Source of the DNA: Gordius albopunctatus | Taxonomy: Eukaryota | Assembly (NCBI GenBank): GCA_964276515.1 | Contig: OZ193909.1 | Span: 186,001-250,000, forward strand | Direction of reading: 5' to 3' | DNA: 64,000 bases | Shown here: one piece after another, positions 1 to 12,108 of the stretch | Layout: every line of letters begins with the position of its first letter | How positions within the stretch are numbered: position 1 is the first letter of the stretch | Translations under genes and position numbers: made by a program | The notes under the pieces: model-generated | Databases searched by the model: none | Seen by the model: only the letters and a program-made list of their open reading frames with translations | What the model was told of the DNA's origin: nothing

Positions 1-205
1 GTAAATTGAAAAGTGCTAGACATGAAAATACTGGGGAAGAGAGGAAGAGGACGACCCCGTGTCACGTGGAAAAGACAAGTCGATAAAGTTATGGAAACTA
101 AAGAGATTAGTCAAGACATGGCACTAACCCGGTCAAGATGGAAGAGACTCATCAAAACAAACCCCACCAATGTGGGACCAAATAACTGATAAAGAAGAAG
201 AAGAG
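1..205 (+). mobile_element. 3' end of an RTE-clade LINE (C-terminal KRGRGRPRVTW motif and GAA-repeat tail)
   Basis: Translates to ...GKRGRGRPRVTWKRQVDK... and ends in AAGAAGAAGAAGAG. Near-identical to 11690-11875. Confidence 0.8.
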
Positions 206-439
206 ATGTATCTTTTTATTAATTCCATTATATATTTAATACTTTTCGATAATAAAGCATGTCAATTCTTAAAAAAAATATTAAAGCGATTTTTACCAAT
301 TCTCCTTAAGTCTCACCTTTATAAAAAGCACGAAAAATAGTGTTGTAGAAGTGCAGCTTATATAGGTAAATAAAATTTTATATACGTCATAGCTTATTGA
401 CTTTGATTATTAATATAACTTTGATCTAAAGGAGGAAAG

Positions 440-1384
440 ACGTGTGTTTCCTGGAATTATAAGAGATATAATAAAAGCCCCTGTCCTGCCTGATCGCATT
501 TCCTTGAAGTTCTAAAAACCTGCTTGCAAATGAAGCTTAGGTATATCATGAACTCTCACAGAAAATAAAGGATTCTTTTGATTATTATCTAGACATAAAG
601 CAAAATAAGTACTTGTCTGGAAATATTATGTGTTATGTAGCTTCAGAAGACTTTTATGATTTATTACTTCAATGCCTAATCCTACGATTAATTTCTTAAA
701 AAACTAGGTGGGTTCCCCTTACATTATGATTATATAGGGCTCAACTTTGTTTTCTGATTAGTTTGACCTTGCGTCACCCTGTATTTACTTCTATAAGACG
801 CTGCTCCCCTCGCGACTGTGTAGCCCTCTTGTCCATTAATTCGTCAGGCGAGACTCCTTAGTTCTAATATTTGGTCCAAGGAACTAGGCTTTCCTTAACC
901 AACACATTGTAAGAGCGCTCTCTAAGTATAGACATTTTCGTTTCTTCCCCCCATTTATTTAGGCCTAGAAACTTTCATGCTCAAACTTTTTTCCCTAGAT
1001 TACATGAATGGGCTTTGCAAGCTTTTTCGATTCTTGAGTTAGGTATCCTAAAAATTCCTCCTATTTTAATTTCCTTTTCAACGCCGTGCTTTGATTTATG
1101 ACAGAATGATCTCTAGCCCTACTTTCGATCTATTCTTTGCCTATATTACTTAACATACTTCCCGCAATTCGTTCAACGCCTTCCATTTTCCTAACTATAA
1201 AATATCAATGTAGCTGCCTCGCTCTATGTCCTACACAAGACCTTGCGAATCCTAAACGTCTGGCCTCTCTATGACAGTAGTTAACGTTATGTTGCTATCT
1301 AGTATGAACAGTTCGTCCTATATCCTATTACTGTACAATAATCTGAGTATGTACTACTATGCGGGCCCACAATGTTGAATGCAT
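440..1384 (+). mobile_element. Highly decayed non-LTR retrotransposon remnant (possibly L1/Tx1-like C-terminal region)
   Basis: Composition looks coding, with broken GG..P..Y-like and terminal C..C-like fragments and many stops. Weak. Confidence 0.25.
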
Positions 1385-1736
1385 TAACCCTGAAGTTTTA
1401 ACTTCTTAATAGTGTATGCTAACTTAAATCAATAAAATATTGTTAAATTATATAAAACATAGAAAATTTAAATGTAATATGATTGTATTGTATTTTATAT
1501 AATAAAAATAAAAAAAGGGTCAAGATGACTATCTGACTTAAGTACACCTAAAGGACATATTCTGTTATGTAAAAAAACTTTTAGTCGTTTTTTTAAGTAT
1601 AATCATAGTCTATTTCTATTCCTAATTACACTAAGTTAAATATAAACAAGATTTTTTTTTTAATATTTCAATTTGTAAGGCCCAACAAAAAATGGTTATA
1701 ACTAGCCACTCTCCGACTAGCCCCGACCCCTATTTT
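1385..1736 (+). repeat. Partial copy of the MITE at 60985-61926
   Basis: TAACCCTGAAGTTTTAACTTCTTAATAG...GACTAGCCCCGACCCCTATTTT is nearly identical to 61221-61572. Confidence 0.9.
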
Positions 1737-2049
1737 CAATAGTTTTATTTATTTTATACCTTTATTTTTTGCACTCCATGCAAATAGGAGGGAGGTAATA
1801 TGGTATTACCTAATTATAATAGTGGTACCTTTATAATTTAGATATCACGTTGTTCACATTCCTTCTTACTCGATGAATACACACTATTCATACTCCTCCT
1901 TATTCTATTCATAATGATTATAATTTGAATAGCCCCCAACTACCTTACGAGTTATGTATATTAACTTCGATAGATGGTATATAACTAATGCGTAGCGATC
2001 GAATCATTATATTGTATCTTTTGGTTTGATATTAATAAAGTTCCTTTAG

Positions 2050-3246
2050 TTAGAACAAAGTAGGCCAAAACCCCTACAAGGGTAGAGCCGTCTGGTCGCA
2101 TCCTTCCCTCTAACGAAGGGTCAGATGCTCTAAAACGGACGGGATATAGGCTTTTTTAAGAGCGGCTTGGATAAGGCTATTCATCTTTTTGTGCCTTGTG
2201 TATTTAATTTTATTGTAAAGGCAGTGTAGGGGGTGCCTTGCATAAATGTCTACGTTCTGGGAGCAGTTGCGGCAGGAATATTCCTTTGAATAGGGAATTC
2301 CTAGTCTGGGGGCGATGGAGTATGCAAGCTCTGGGTCCTCCAACATCAGTCCAGAAAGTGAACTAGGATAAGCTTCTAGCCACTCGTGACCCGATCCGCC
2401 AAACTCTAAAGATTTAAGGTTGAAGTGCTGGCGGGCGTCGCAACTCGATAAGAGGTAATCAACGGAGCGCGATACGAGGCCAGCATCCCAATCCTTTTGT
2501 CTTGAGGGTATAGGGAAGGGGGTCCCTGGGTTGACGTTGGCAGACCAGGCATCTAGAGCTTGTACAAACGATGGGTCCTCGCTTGTTGTGATTAATCGGT
2601 CGATCAAATCGTGGGCGGATTTATGCGAGGAGATAAAGGCTGCTAATGAAATTGAGGTAGAAGGGCGTATGCCTAAGCCACCAGCTTTAGTAGGTAATGT
2701 AGCTTGGAGCCACGAAGAAGTGCTGAATTTGATATTAAGGATGGCTTCTAGCGTGTTTTTCATAAAGCTATCGTAGCTTTTTAAAATCTCGGGTAATAAA
2801 AAAGCTGATGATAACCGGAAGCAGTGTTGAATTTTGGAGATATTAAAATAATTTTTATTAATATAAAATGCGTGATGTTTTGGGAGGGTATTGAGAATTT
2901 CTATCTTCGAGGAAAGAGTTGATAGGTGACTATGTAAAAACTCTTTTAAGGCGATTTGCCCACCTATTGGAGAGCCTAGATGAGTTAAACTCTTCATTTC
3001 AACTTTTAAAAGAGGCTTAAAAAGGGGAAATATATCTGTATCCCGGCACTGATATATCTCACATTTAGAGGTATTCAATTTCAGGTTTAGGGTAGCTTCA
3101 TAATCTCGGATTAAAAGAATGGCCATGAAGATTTCTTCCGGAGGGCCGCATAAGGTGGCATCGTCTAGGTACCAGACGTTTAATGATAAGGAGCATTGGT
3201 TTGAGAGGGATTCGGTTAAATTTTTGATCCCTAGACAAAACAAAGG
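2050..3246 (-). mobile_element. Truncated CRE-like (restriction-like endonuclease clade) non-LTR retrotransposon: RT C-terminal half, Zn knuckle, start of REL
   Basis: ORF 2110-3243 has WYLDD, QATLPTKAGGLGIR, CRNC...HPLHC...RH. RPDG lies just downstream out of frame (about 2085-2100). Confidence 0.85.
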
Positions 3247-3633
3247 TGATACTTATTATATTGTATTTGCAATGTTCAGATAATTACTTGTTATAAATGA
3301 GGATAATAGTTTTAAAAGATTACTTTGGCATCGTCATTATTTTAACGTTACTAAATAAAATCTCAATAAATTCATTATGTTAAAATATGATGATATCATT
3401 AAACTTTATCCCTTTATTGAGCCTTAACCAGGAAATAAAGTTATTAATTAGCAACTTTATACCTTCGAGTCAAGTATTAAATAATACCTATATTAATGCT
3501 TCCTACCTTAAGTTATTATCTAGCTTGAGTTTTGGGGTTTGAGATAAAAAATTGGTTCCATTTTACCAATTTTTATCTTATATAATAATTTATAAAAGCT
3601 AAAAAAATATAGGTGTTATAATTATTTTCAAAA

Positions 3634-3728
3634 GTCGAGCTGTGCCGAGACAAGACGAGATTTTAATAATCGCACCTGAGACAAGACGAGATTTCGCTTT
3701 CGAGACCGAGACGAGATCGAAACACTAG
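3634..3728. mobile_element. Terminus of the hAT non-autonomous family with CGAGA(C) subterminal repeats
   Basis: ...CGAGACCGAGACGAGATCGAAACACTA. Same end as 19755-19833 and the reverse complement of 44886 onward. Confidence 0.8.
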
Positions 3729-4172
3729 ATATTAACTTTGTATTACGCACGTAATTTGATTATATATCTCGTTTTTTGTCAGCTGTGGTCCCTCCTTCCA
3801 AATAAATTGTTAGTTCATTTCTTCTTCCATAATACTATAAATATTATGAATTAGAAGTTACTTTAAATAAAGATAAACTATAAAATATATTATATTGAAG
3901 TGACCTGCATAAATGTTGCATATATAAAACCATCATATTACAATGAAATGAATATAGTAATTCTTGCATTTATCAAAATAAATAAATATAGGCTTCCTGC
4001 TCTAATGCCACGTGGACCTAGAGCCCTGCACGGGTGACCCGAGACCCGATCCGACCGGGTTCGGGTTGAAAATTTTAAAATACCTTCGGGTCGGGTCGGG
4101 TTGAAGGTTATAAATCTTACATTGCATAACAAACATATCTTTCAAATTAATGCCATTACATATAAAACATTT

Positions 4173-6752
4173 TTAATTAATATCGAAATGTATCTTTACT
4201 CGTCTTAACGTAATCGGACTTGCGACTTTTTCAACATTTGTTTCCAGACTAGTATTCGGACTTGCAACTTTTTCAACATTCGGTTCCCGACTAGTATCGT
4301 TAGTTTCGACGAACTGGGATTGCATCCTAAATTTTAACTGATCCGCGTGTTTCCGTTTAATTCCTTTATCAGTGCGAACTATATATGAATATGGGCCTTT
4401 ACGTTCTATGATAAATCCTTTATACCAGCCCGCTTTAATTTCATTTCGAATCCATACTGGATCTCCAACCTGAAATTCCCTATAACACGCTTTTCGGTCA
4501 TGGTAGCTCTTTTGTTTAGCTAATCTCTCCTTCCACTTTTCTTTCGGATCAGGTCGAATAAGGTCCAACGCTGTCCTTACTCTTCTTCCCAACAACAATT
4601 CCGCCGGAGCTTTACCCGTGGTTGCCTGAGGTGTATTCCTGTATGTCATGATTATTTGTTGAAGGCATAATTCTTTCTCTTCCCCTGATTTTCTTGCTGC
4701 CCAGTATCTTGATTTTAGCGTTCGAATCATTCTCTCAGCTAATCCATTTGTTTTGGGGTGGTATGGAGTTGATGTTACGTGCTTAATGTTGTTGTTGTCG
4801 CAAAATTTTGTGAACTCTTCACCGACAAATTGTGGTCCATTGTCTGATACTATTTGCAAGGGAATACCGAACCTGCAAAACCAATTTCGTAATTGCCTCA
4901 CAATTTGTGGTCCTTTAATCGACGATAGTGTGGCTATCTCCACCCATTTCGATAATGCATCAATTAAAACCAACCAATAATTTCCTTCGACAGGGCCGGC
5001 AATATCTACGTGGACTCGATCCCAAGGACGGTCAGGTACAGACCAAGAATATAAGGCAACTTCTTGTTCGGCTTGTCGGCCTTCTTGACAACCGTCACAT
5101 TCCTTTACAAACAAATCGATAATTTTGTCCATTCCCGGCCACCAAACATAATATCGGGCTAAATTAAGCACTCCTGTAATACCGGGGTGTCCTTGGTGTA
5201 ATATTTGTAAAACTAACTTTCGTAAGTTCCTCGGTATTATTAACCGATTTCCACGCAATAATACTCCATCTTCAAATGACAGTTCCTCCCTTCGATTGTA
5301 GTACGTTTTCATGTAAAATGGCATTTTTTTAAAATCCAACCGCCATTCTCGGTTGATCGCTGAAATTAATTCACGACAAAGAGGATCTTTTTTTATTGAT
5401 GTTTTTAGCATTTCATAATCTAACTTTAATTCATCTAACATGAGTAGTCCCACGTGATTGATCTGATCCGTTTCAAGGTATTTTGGATCTGGCAGTCTTG
5501 ACAATGCATCAGCACATTGATTTTCCTTTCCTGATCGGTATTTTATGTCGTATTGATATCCATTTAAAAATAAAGCCCATCGAATTAATCTATTATTGAT
5601 CACTTTCGGTAAATCCCGATGATTTCCGAATAATCTTTCTAGAGGTTTGTGATCCGTCATCAAAACAAATTTTCGACCCCGTAAGTATTGATCGAATTTT
5701 TGAACGCCGAACACAATCGCTCGCGCTTCCCGATCAATGGTAGAGTATCGTTTTTCGGACTCGCTTAACGTCCTGGATGCGTACGCAATAGCTCTTTCGG
5801 ACCCGTCTGCATATAAGTGTGATAGTACAGCACCTACACCAGTTTCAGAAGCATCTACCGCTAGGTATAGCGGCAATGAGGTTGAATACGGTACCAAAGT
5901 ATTGGACGTTGAAAGCATCAGTTTAACATCGTTAAAAATTTTCTGCTCTTTAATCGTCCATTTCCAACCTATTGATGAGCCCGTCAATGCATGCAATGGT
6001 GCGCATTTTTCGTGTAGCATTGGGATGAACCTTTCCTGATAATTAACTAGTCCTAAAAAGGAACGTAGTTCTTTTTTGTTTTGTGGTTCTTTGAAATTAA
6101 CAATGGCTTCCACTCGCTCTTGGGTCGGGTGGATCCCTGTTGCATCTATCACATGTCCCAAGTATTTAACTGAATTTTGGAAAAATTTTACCTTTTCCTT
6201 CTTAGCTTTTAGACCAGCGTCCTGTACCCTCTTTAGTACTTCGTTCAGATTTTTCAGGTGGTCATTTTCATTTACCCCTGTAATTATGATATCATCTAGA
6301 AGTACGCCGGTATGGGGAATCCCATCTAATAGTTCCTCCATATAACGTTGGAATAAATTTGGTGCTATCGACAGTCCAAATGGAAGACGTTTATATCGAT
6401 AATAACCTAAATGTGTTGCGATAGTGAGATAATGTCGCGACTTTTCTTCAACCTTCATCTGGAGATAGGCATCACGTAAGTCAATTACTGTATATTTCTG
6501 CCCTCCTGCGATCTTCAGAATTAAATCGTCAAATGTCGGAAGTAGATGGTTGTTTAAAGTTAGGAAGGGATTGATAATATTATCTGGATACACAAAGTTG
6601 ATCAGTAATTCAACGTTTTTCTGTCCCATATAACTCAAGATAGTTTTGGTTCTAGTTTCTTTTGGGACATTTTTAGACTCAAATATATTATCAAGAGTGA
6701 ACAAATATGTATTTATGTTATCACCTGCCTTATATTGAGGTATTCCTTCCAT
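4173..6752 (-). CDS. Ty3/Gypsy gag-pol derivative: short gag N-terminus fused in frame to RT-RNase H-integrase
   Basis: 859-aa ORF with IDLRDAY, LPFGL, LLDDII, DAS (RNase H), HQGH..CDGC, DIAGP/SDNG/NGLAER (DDE integrase). No protease. PBS-like TGGCGCGG near 6776 and a putative LTR starting TGTTGAG at 6997. Confidence 0.92.
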   Translation of the reverse strand: MEGIPQYKAGDNINTYLFTLDNIFESKNVPKETRTKTILSYMGQKNVELLINFVYPDNIINPFLTLNNHLLPTFDDLILKIAGGQKYTVIDLRDAYLQMKVEEKSRHYLTIATHLGYYRYKRLPFGLSIAPNLFQRYMEELLDGIPHTGVLLDDIIITGVNENDHLKNLNEVLKRVQDAGLKAKKEKVKFFQNSVKYLGHVIDATGIHPTQERVEAIVNFKEPQNKKELRSFLGLVNYQERFIPMLHEKCAPLHALTGSSIGWKWTIKEQKIFNDVKLMLSTSNTLVPYSTSLPLYLAVDASETGVGAVLSHLYADGSERAIAYASRTLSESEKRYSTIDREARAIVFGVQKFDQYLRGRKFVLMTDHKPLERLFGNHRDLPKVINNRLIRWALFLNGYQYDIKYRSGKENQCADALSRLPDPKYLETDQINHVGLLMLDELKLDYEMLKTSIKKDPLCRELISAINREWRLDFKKMPFYMKTYYNRREELSFEDGVLLRGNRLIIPRNLRKLVLQILHQGHPGITGVLNLARYYVWWPGMDKIIDLFVKECDGCQEGRQAEQEVALYSWSVPDRPWDRVHVDIAGPVEGNYWLVLIDALSKWVEIATLSSIKGPQIVRQLRNWFCRFGIPLQIVSDNGPQFVGEEFTKFCDNNNIKHVTSTPYHPKTNGLAERMIRTLKSRYWAARKSGEEKELCLQQIIMTYRNTPQATTGKAPAELLLGRRVRTALDLIRPDPKEKWKERLAKQKSYHDRKACYREFQVGDPVWIRNEIKAGWYKGFIIERKGPYSYIVRTDKGIKRKHADQLKFRMQSQFVETNDTSREPNVEKVASPNTSLETNVEKVASPITLRRVKIHFDIN

Positions 6753-7209
6753 TTTTTTTTCAAAACGACCGCGCCAATTTACTAACTAGGAAATCCACAG
6801 ATTTTATTATCCATTAATAATTAGAACAACATATATTATTAATTCACAAGGAATGCAGATTAAAAGATATTGTATAAACTGATATTACAAATCACGATAT
6901 ATATTACAGTATCATTAATTAATCTCATTCATTCATTTAATGTATTTCCTTGTAATTTACTTCTTATTTTTGTATCTGGCCAATTTCAAACTCAACATAG
7001 GTAAAATATATAATAACTATACTATTTATTTATTATTAATTAAGTGAATTATGGATCCACATAAATTACAGAAGCTGATTGACAATAAAACCCATAGAGT
7101 GGAAAAATATTTGGTGGATAGTAAATCCAAGGTTTGGGAATTGTTTGATTTCATATATGACGACAATGACAAAAAATAGACTTTGTTAGATGCTCAACCT
7201 GTTATGCTA

Positions 7210-7520
7210 CAGTCGAAACTTCTTAATTGCAAATCGGATCATCGCGGAAATCTTTTAATCGCGAAGTTGACCGCCATTTTGTTTTTTTTAACGATAATAT
7301 TAACAAAAACATCGTTATTGACACATCGCTTAATAGTAAAATATCGGATATTCACAAACATTTTTGAGTCCCTAAATCAACCAGATAATTATATAAAATA
7401 TCGTTTTATTGCGAAGCGTAAGAAATGAATATTTAATATAATGTACATATACTTTTATTTCCATCGTTTAATCGCCAAATATCGGTTAATCGCGAAAAAA
7501 ATTTCAGGGCTAATTGACTG
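7210..7520. mobile_element. Tc1/pogo-type MITE inserted in the BED-finger exon of the hAT transposase
   Basis: TA|CAGTC...GACTG|TA ends. The transposase reading frame continues across the insertion site. Confidence 0.75.
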
Positions 7521-7613
7521 TATATACAAATATGGTGCAAGTTTAACAGGTAAAATGTCATATTGTTAAGAATATTTTATTCATAAATTTAAAAAATTAT
7601 TATGTGGTATATA

Positions 7614-7925
7614 CATAGACTAATAAAACCATAGACTGCCAAACAGCTGATAATTTTATAGCAAATATAGCAAGCGCCATTTTGTGGGAAATTGCAACCC
7701 CCAACGATAGAATTCAGCAAAATTTATTGTTCTAATTTACTTATTTTGTTTTAATTTATAAATGAAGCTATTATTCTTATTTATTTTATTCCATATTTTA
7801 TCGTGGAGAAGTATAAATATACCTGTTGTTGAGTTTTTCCTACAAAATGGCAGCTATTTTGATGTCTGAATGATTTCAATAGTAAAAATCAGCTGTTCGG
7901 CAGTCTATGGTTTTATTAGCCTATG
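7614..7925. mobile_element. MITE with 37-bp TIRs (CATAG...CTATG, P-element-like ends)
   Basis: CATAGACTAATAAAACCATAGACTGCCAAACAGCTGA vs the reverse complement of 7889-7925, 2 mismatches. No clean TSD. Confidence 0.85.
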
Positions 7926-10039
7926 GGTTGGGTATATATAACTTAAGAACTAATTATCTAAGGAAACATGTGTGCCAGATAAAAAAAAGATGAACATTCT
8001 TTGGATGGTTTTTTGGAAATGAATACACCCCTTATGAAAATCAAGGATTCCTATAAGATAAAAAAAGATCTCACAGCAAAAATTTTGGATTTCTGTGCAA
8101 AAGAACTTACATCTTTTTCATCAATACATGTGGATGGATTTATTGCTTTATGCTCCTACTTAATTTATATTGGGAGCATATATGGCAATATTTCTATGTC
8201 TGAGATATGTCCAGATCCAACTACAATATCGAGGAATATCCTGGATAGGGCTGATGAGTTAAGGACCTTGCTCCTACCAAAGTTAAAAAAATATTTTGCA
8301 AAAGTATCTCTGTATTTTCTTATTACCTTTATAGGCACAACTGACATGTGGACAGATGATTTAAAAAAATAGCTATAAAACATTAACTGTTCATTATATT
8401 ACTGAAGAATACCAGTTAATGAAAGTATTGTTTACAGTAAAATTTGAAGAGGATAAGAAAACAGCTGAAAATGTAAAAAAAGAATTGCTAAAACAATTTA
8501 CATCTCAAGGTACTTTATTAAATTTTTATAAATATTTTTAAAGTAAATGCCAGGGATGACCTTTTAAACTTAGCATTTATCACGGATCAAGGGTCAAATA
8601 TGATTAAGGCGCTTGAATCCCAGAAGCGCCTAAATTGTGCCTACCATTTATTAAATACAGCGTTGAGAAACACTTTCAATGAGGAAGTGTTGAAGAAAGA
8701 TTTCCTGGAAATTTACAATTGTCTAACAGACACTAAACTTTTGGTTACGTATATGAAACAATCTGGGTATAATATTTATTTATACTAATTAGGTGCTTAT
8801 AATTTTAGCTTAATTAATAGATTAAATAGAAAATTACATGGTTATGTAGAGACGCGGTGGAATAGCCCTTTTAAAATGCTAGAGTCAGCGCTGAAGAATT
8901 ATGAGGAGGTCTAAACGCTTTTGACCTCTACCGGGCGGGGACTCCTCGAAGATAAAATGTATTGACATTTATATGCTTGAAGAGGTGACAAAGTTCTTAA
9001 CACCATTCAATACGGCAATGACAGAATTTGAGACTGATAAGACAAGGTCCCAACTTTAAATAAAGTCCTTTTATATTTTTACAAATTAAATGACTTCACC
9101 AAAAATTATGACTTTAAATAAAAACTACATTTGCTTGCCAAAAGATGCAAGCAAATGTTAAATCAAAAATTCTCTCAAGATATGTACTACAAGATAGCTA
9201 CATTTCTAACTCCCAGATAGAAACAAATGAAAATGTTGCAGCAACAAGAGCTTAATGAGCTCTATGACAAAATTAGGTGATTAATGAATGATAAAATCTG
9301 CGAAAGTATAAAAGAAAAGACAGTTGTTGAAAGTGAGCAACTAAAGGAAATTAATCAGCTAGCTATTTAACATATAACTTCATATTAAAATATAATTTTT
9401 AGAAAAGAATGCTAACTTGTCTTTCATGGATTTTTCCGGATGGGAGGAATGTGCAGATGAAAATGTTCAAGAAAAAGATGAACTTGAGGAATATATTCAT
9501 TATAAACTTACAAAAAAGGATGAAACATATGACACATTAGAATGGTGGAGAATATATTCTTCTTATAAATATCCTGTTTTAGGGTTATTGGCTCGTAAAT
9601 TTCTGGCCATACCTGCTGCCTCCTCTACCTCCAGTGAGAGATCTTTTTCTACAGCTGGACGAATTTTATAAGATAGGAGGTCGAGTTTACGGCCTGAAAT
9701 TGTAAAGGCTATTATATTTATACATAATTATAATAATTCTCTCAAATGAATTTATTATTCAAATTCGTGGTGTCAAATTGTTACTGAAAGCTGCCAATAT
9801 ATTTTCGCAAATCAATTTAAAATATTTAAAACGCTTTCGTGTCTGGTAGCTTTTGGGTTGAAAAATATTTACACGCTTTCGGGTTGGGTTCGGGTTGAAA
9901 AATTAAAAACGCTTTCGGGTCGGTTCGGGTTGAAAAAAGTGACTTTGCAGGGCTCTACGTGGACCGCGATGCCTCTTATCTTTTCCAATTCTATCCTTTG
10001 TACAGCGCGTTTGGCATTTTAATAATTGTTTGCAACATA

Positions 10040-11880
10040 ATTAGGAAGTCGTATTCTTCAATTCATTGGAAAGGGAAATACAAGAAATAGGACAGGAAGA
10101 AATGGTAATTATTGGGGCGGATTTCAACACTCCCGTAGATAAAGATCGCCTCGCGTGTAAACGCAATTGTGGAAGCTATGGTCATGGTCGGAAGAACAAA
10201 GAAGGGGAAAACTTCTACAAGTATCCTAAGCATACGACATGGCGATCCTTACCACATTCAAAAGAGCGAAGCTCATATTATGACTTATAGAAGTGGGAAG
10301 CATTTTAGTCAAACTTATGGAAATCAAGGACTGCAAAGTTATATCGGGAGTAAAAATAGCCCGGCAACATCGTTCCCTTGTTATAGATTTTGACAATTTT
10401 CGGAAAAAAGAAAGGTGTATGAACCTTGAATTCTATACGAAAGGATAAAGGATACGTCGACAAACGAAAAATACCATCAAAAAGCCTCCTCAGTCTTGGG
10501 TGCAAGGTGTGAGACGCTTAAAGGAAACAGCGATTCGAGTTCTAAGACAGACCAAATCAGACAAAGCTATGAACAGATAACTATGGTGGTAGGATCAATC
10601 GGTTAGGGATTTCGTCGAAAGAAAGGAAAATTGATATAGACGGCGGCATGAATCATAAAGTCGAAGCATAATCAAGTGTATAGGGAGACAATGAGAGGCG
10701 CAAAAAAGGCAGTTGCAATAGCAAAGAAGGCCGCGTACACCGAGATGGCAAACAAACTGGACCATAATGAGCTCCTTTAAGCTTACGAAAAGGATCTTAG
10801 TAACAAGGCTTAAAAACGAGGTGGAAATATCAGCTAACCAATTCGGATTTGTGGCCGACAAATCAACAATCAACCCAATCTTCGCACTAAGATAAATGAT
10901 GGATAAATATGGTGAAAAGAGAGGAGACCTACCGATTTTTTATGGTGATTCATGAGAAAGTAAAATATCCCTGACGCATATATACGGCTTATGAAAAATA
11001 TTTATGAAGCCTCAAGTTTTTGCGTTAGGACGTTTCGGTTGAAATGGGATTACACCAAGGATCTGCTTTAAGTCTCTTTTTATTTAATATAATTATGAAT
11101 ACGATACCGAGAGACATTTAAAAGCCATCGCCATGGTGTATGCTATATGCCAATGGTATAGTACTATGCGAAAAAACAAAGGAGAATTCGAAGAAGCTGA
11201 AAAATGGTCAAAGCGTTTAGCTGTATATTGTTTAAAGTTCAACGATCGAAAAACGGTATACATGGAAATGAACGTTACAGGCAGACTTCGCTAAATGACC
11301 ATCTAAAGCACTCAAAAGTATAGAGGTTTACATACCAGGGCTCAATTCTACATCAAGAGGGAGGTTGCGTAACAGAAGTCAATGCCCGGATTCAAAAAGG
11401 ATGTAATGTGACAAAAAATGCCAATATGGTTGAAGAGCAATTACAAATCCATCCAAGACCGGTGTTACTCTATGGAAGTGTAACATGAGCATTAAACACC
11501 ACGGGGTAAAAGCTATTACAAGCCATAGTGATGAGAATGATACAGTGGAGCTTGGGATATACTAAGCTAAGCTAGGGTTAATGAATTTTCATGACAAAAA
11601 TGGGGATTCAACCTATGGCGGACATGATTAATCAAAATCAAGGTGGTATAGGCATATAGTAAGAAGGAAGACAATTGATGTAAAGGGAAAGTTACTAGAC
11701 ATGGAAGTACCTTGGAAGAGAGCAAGAGGACGATCTCGTGTCACGTGGAAACGACAAGTCGATAAAATTTTGAAAACAAAAACGATTAGTCAAGACATGG
11801 GTCTGAGCCGGTCAAGATGGAAGAAACTCATCAAAACAAACCCTACGCTCTGGTAACAAATGACTGTTAAAAAAGACGAT
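10040..11880 (+). mobile_element. Decayed, internally deleted RTE-clade LINE
   Basis: IIGADFN (APE endonuclease), DCKVISG, NQFGF, GLHQGSALS, MLYANG (YADD position), and a 3' end matching 1-205. Many frameshifts. Confidence 0.9.
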
Positions 11881-11889
11881 AACCAACTG

Positions 11890-12108
11890 TCTCTTAGCTG
11901 CTATCGGATTCCACGCAACGTTTCACCATACGTTCAATTTAACGGTGGGTTCCTTACATAAGTGATCTAAGGCAGTTTTAGCTTGGGTCAGTCTGACCTT
12001 AATTTGCACTTAGAGAACGACTTTGTCATTGTGTTTCCATTACCAACCATTGGCAGAACTAATGCCTTGCGAGCATCACGAACACAGCGGAATCCTAGGC
12101 CAACATCT
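11890..12108 (-). ncRNA. Candidate structured non-coding RNA, family not recognised
   Basis: Nested stems: TTGGC/GCTAA, GGATTCCGC/GTGGAATCC, TAAGTG/CACTTA, TAAGG/CCTTA, GGTCA/TGACC, AACGT/ACGTT, TGCCAA/TTGGTA. Mismatches become G-U pairs on the minus strand. Confidence 0.35.

Larger units (their letters stand above)
7051..9749 (+). pseudogene. hAT transposase pseudogene (BED finger, catalytic core, hATC dimerisation domain), intron-containing
   Basis: VWELF..CSTC (BED), TTDMWTD, TDQGSNM, CAYHLLN, ETRWNS, LEWW..YPVL..SSERSFSTAG. Has frameshifts, stops and two MITE insertions. Confidence 0.9.
4019..9957 (+). mobile_element. Full-length hAT (hobo/Hermes-like) DNA transposon with nested insertions
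   Basis: TIR TAGAGCCCTGCA...TGCAGGGCTCTA. Perfect 8-bp TSD CGTGGACC at 4011-4018 and 9958-9965. TCGGGT subterminal repeats at both ends. Confidence 0.95.

Noticed and set aside
4753..6345. Plus-strand ORFs overlapping the Gypsy ORF, and similar antisense ORFs over the kinase, coiled-coil and GPCR exons
   Set aside because: Antisense shadows of real coding sequence with no independent support.
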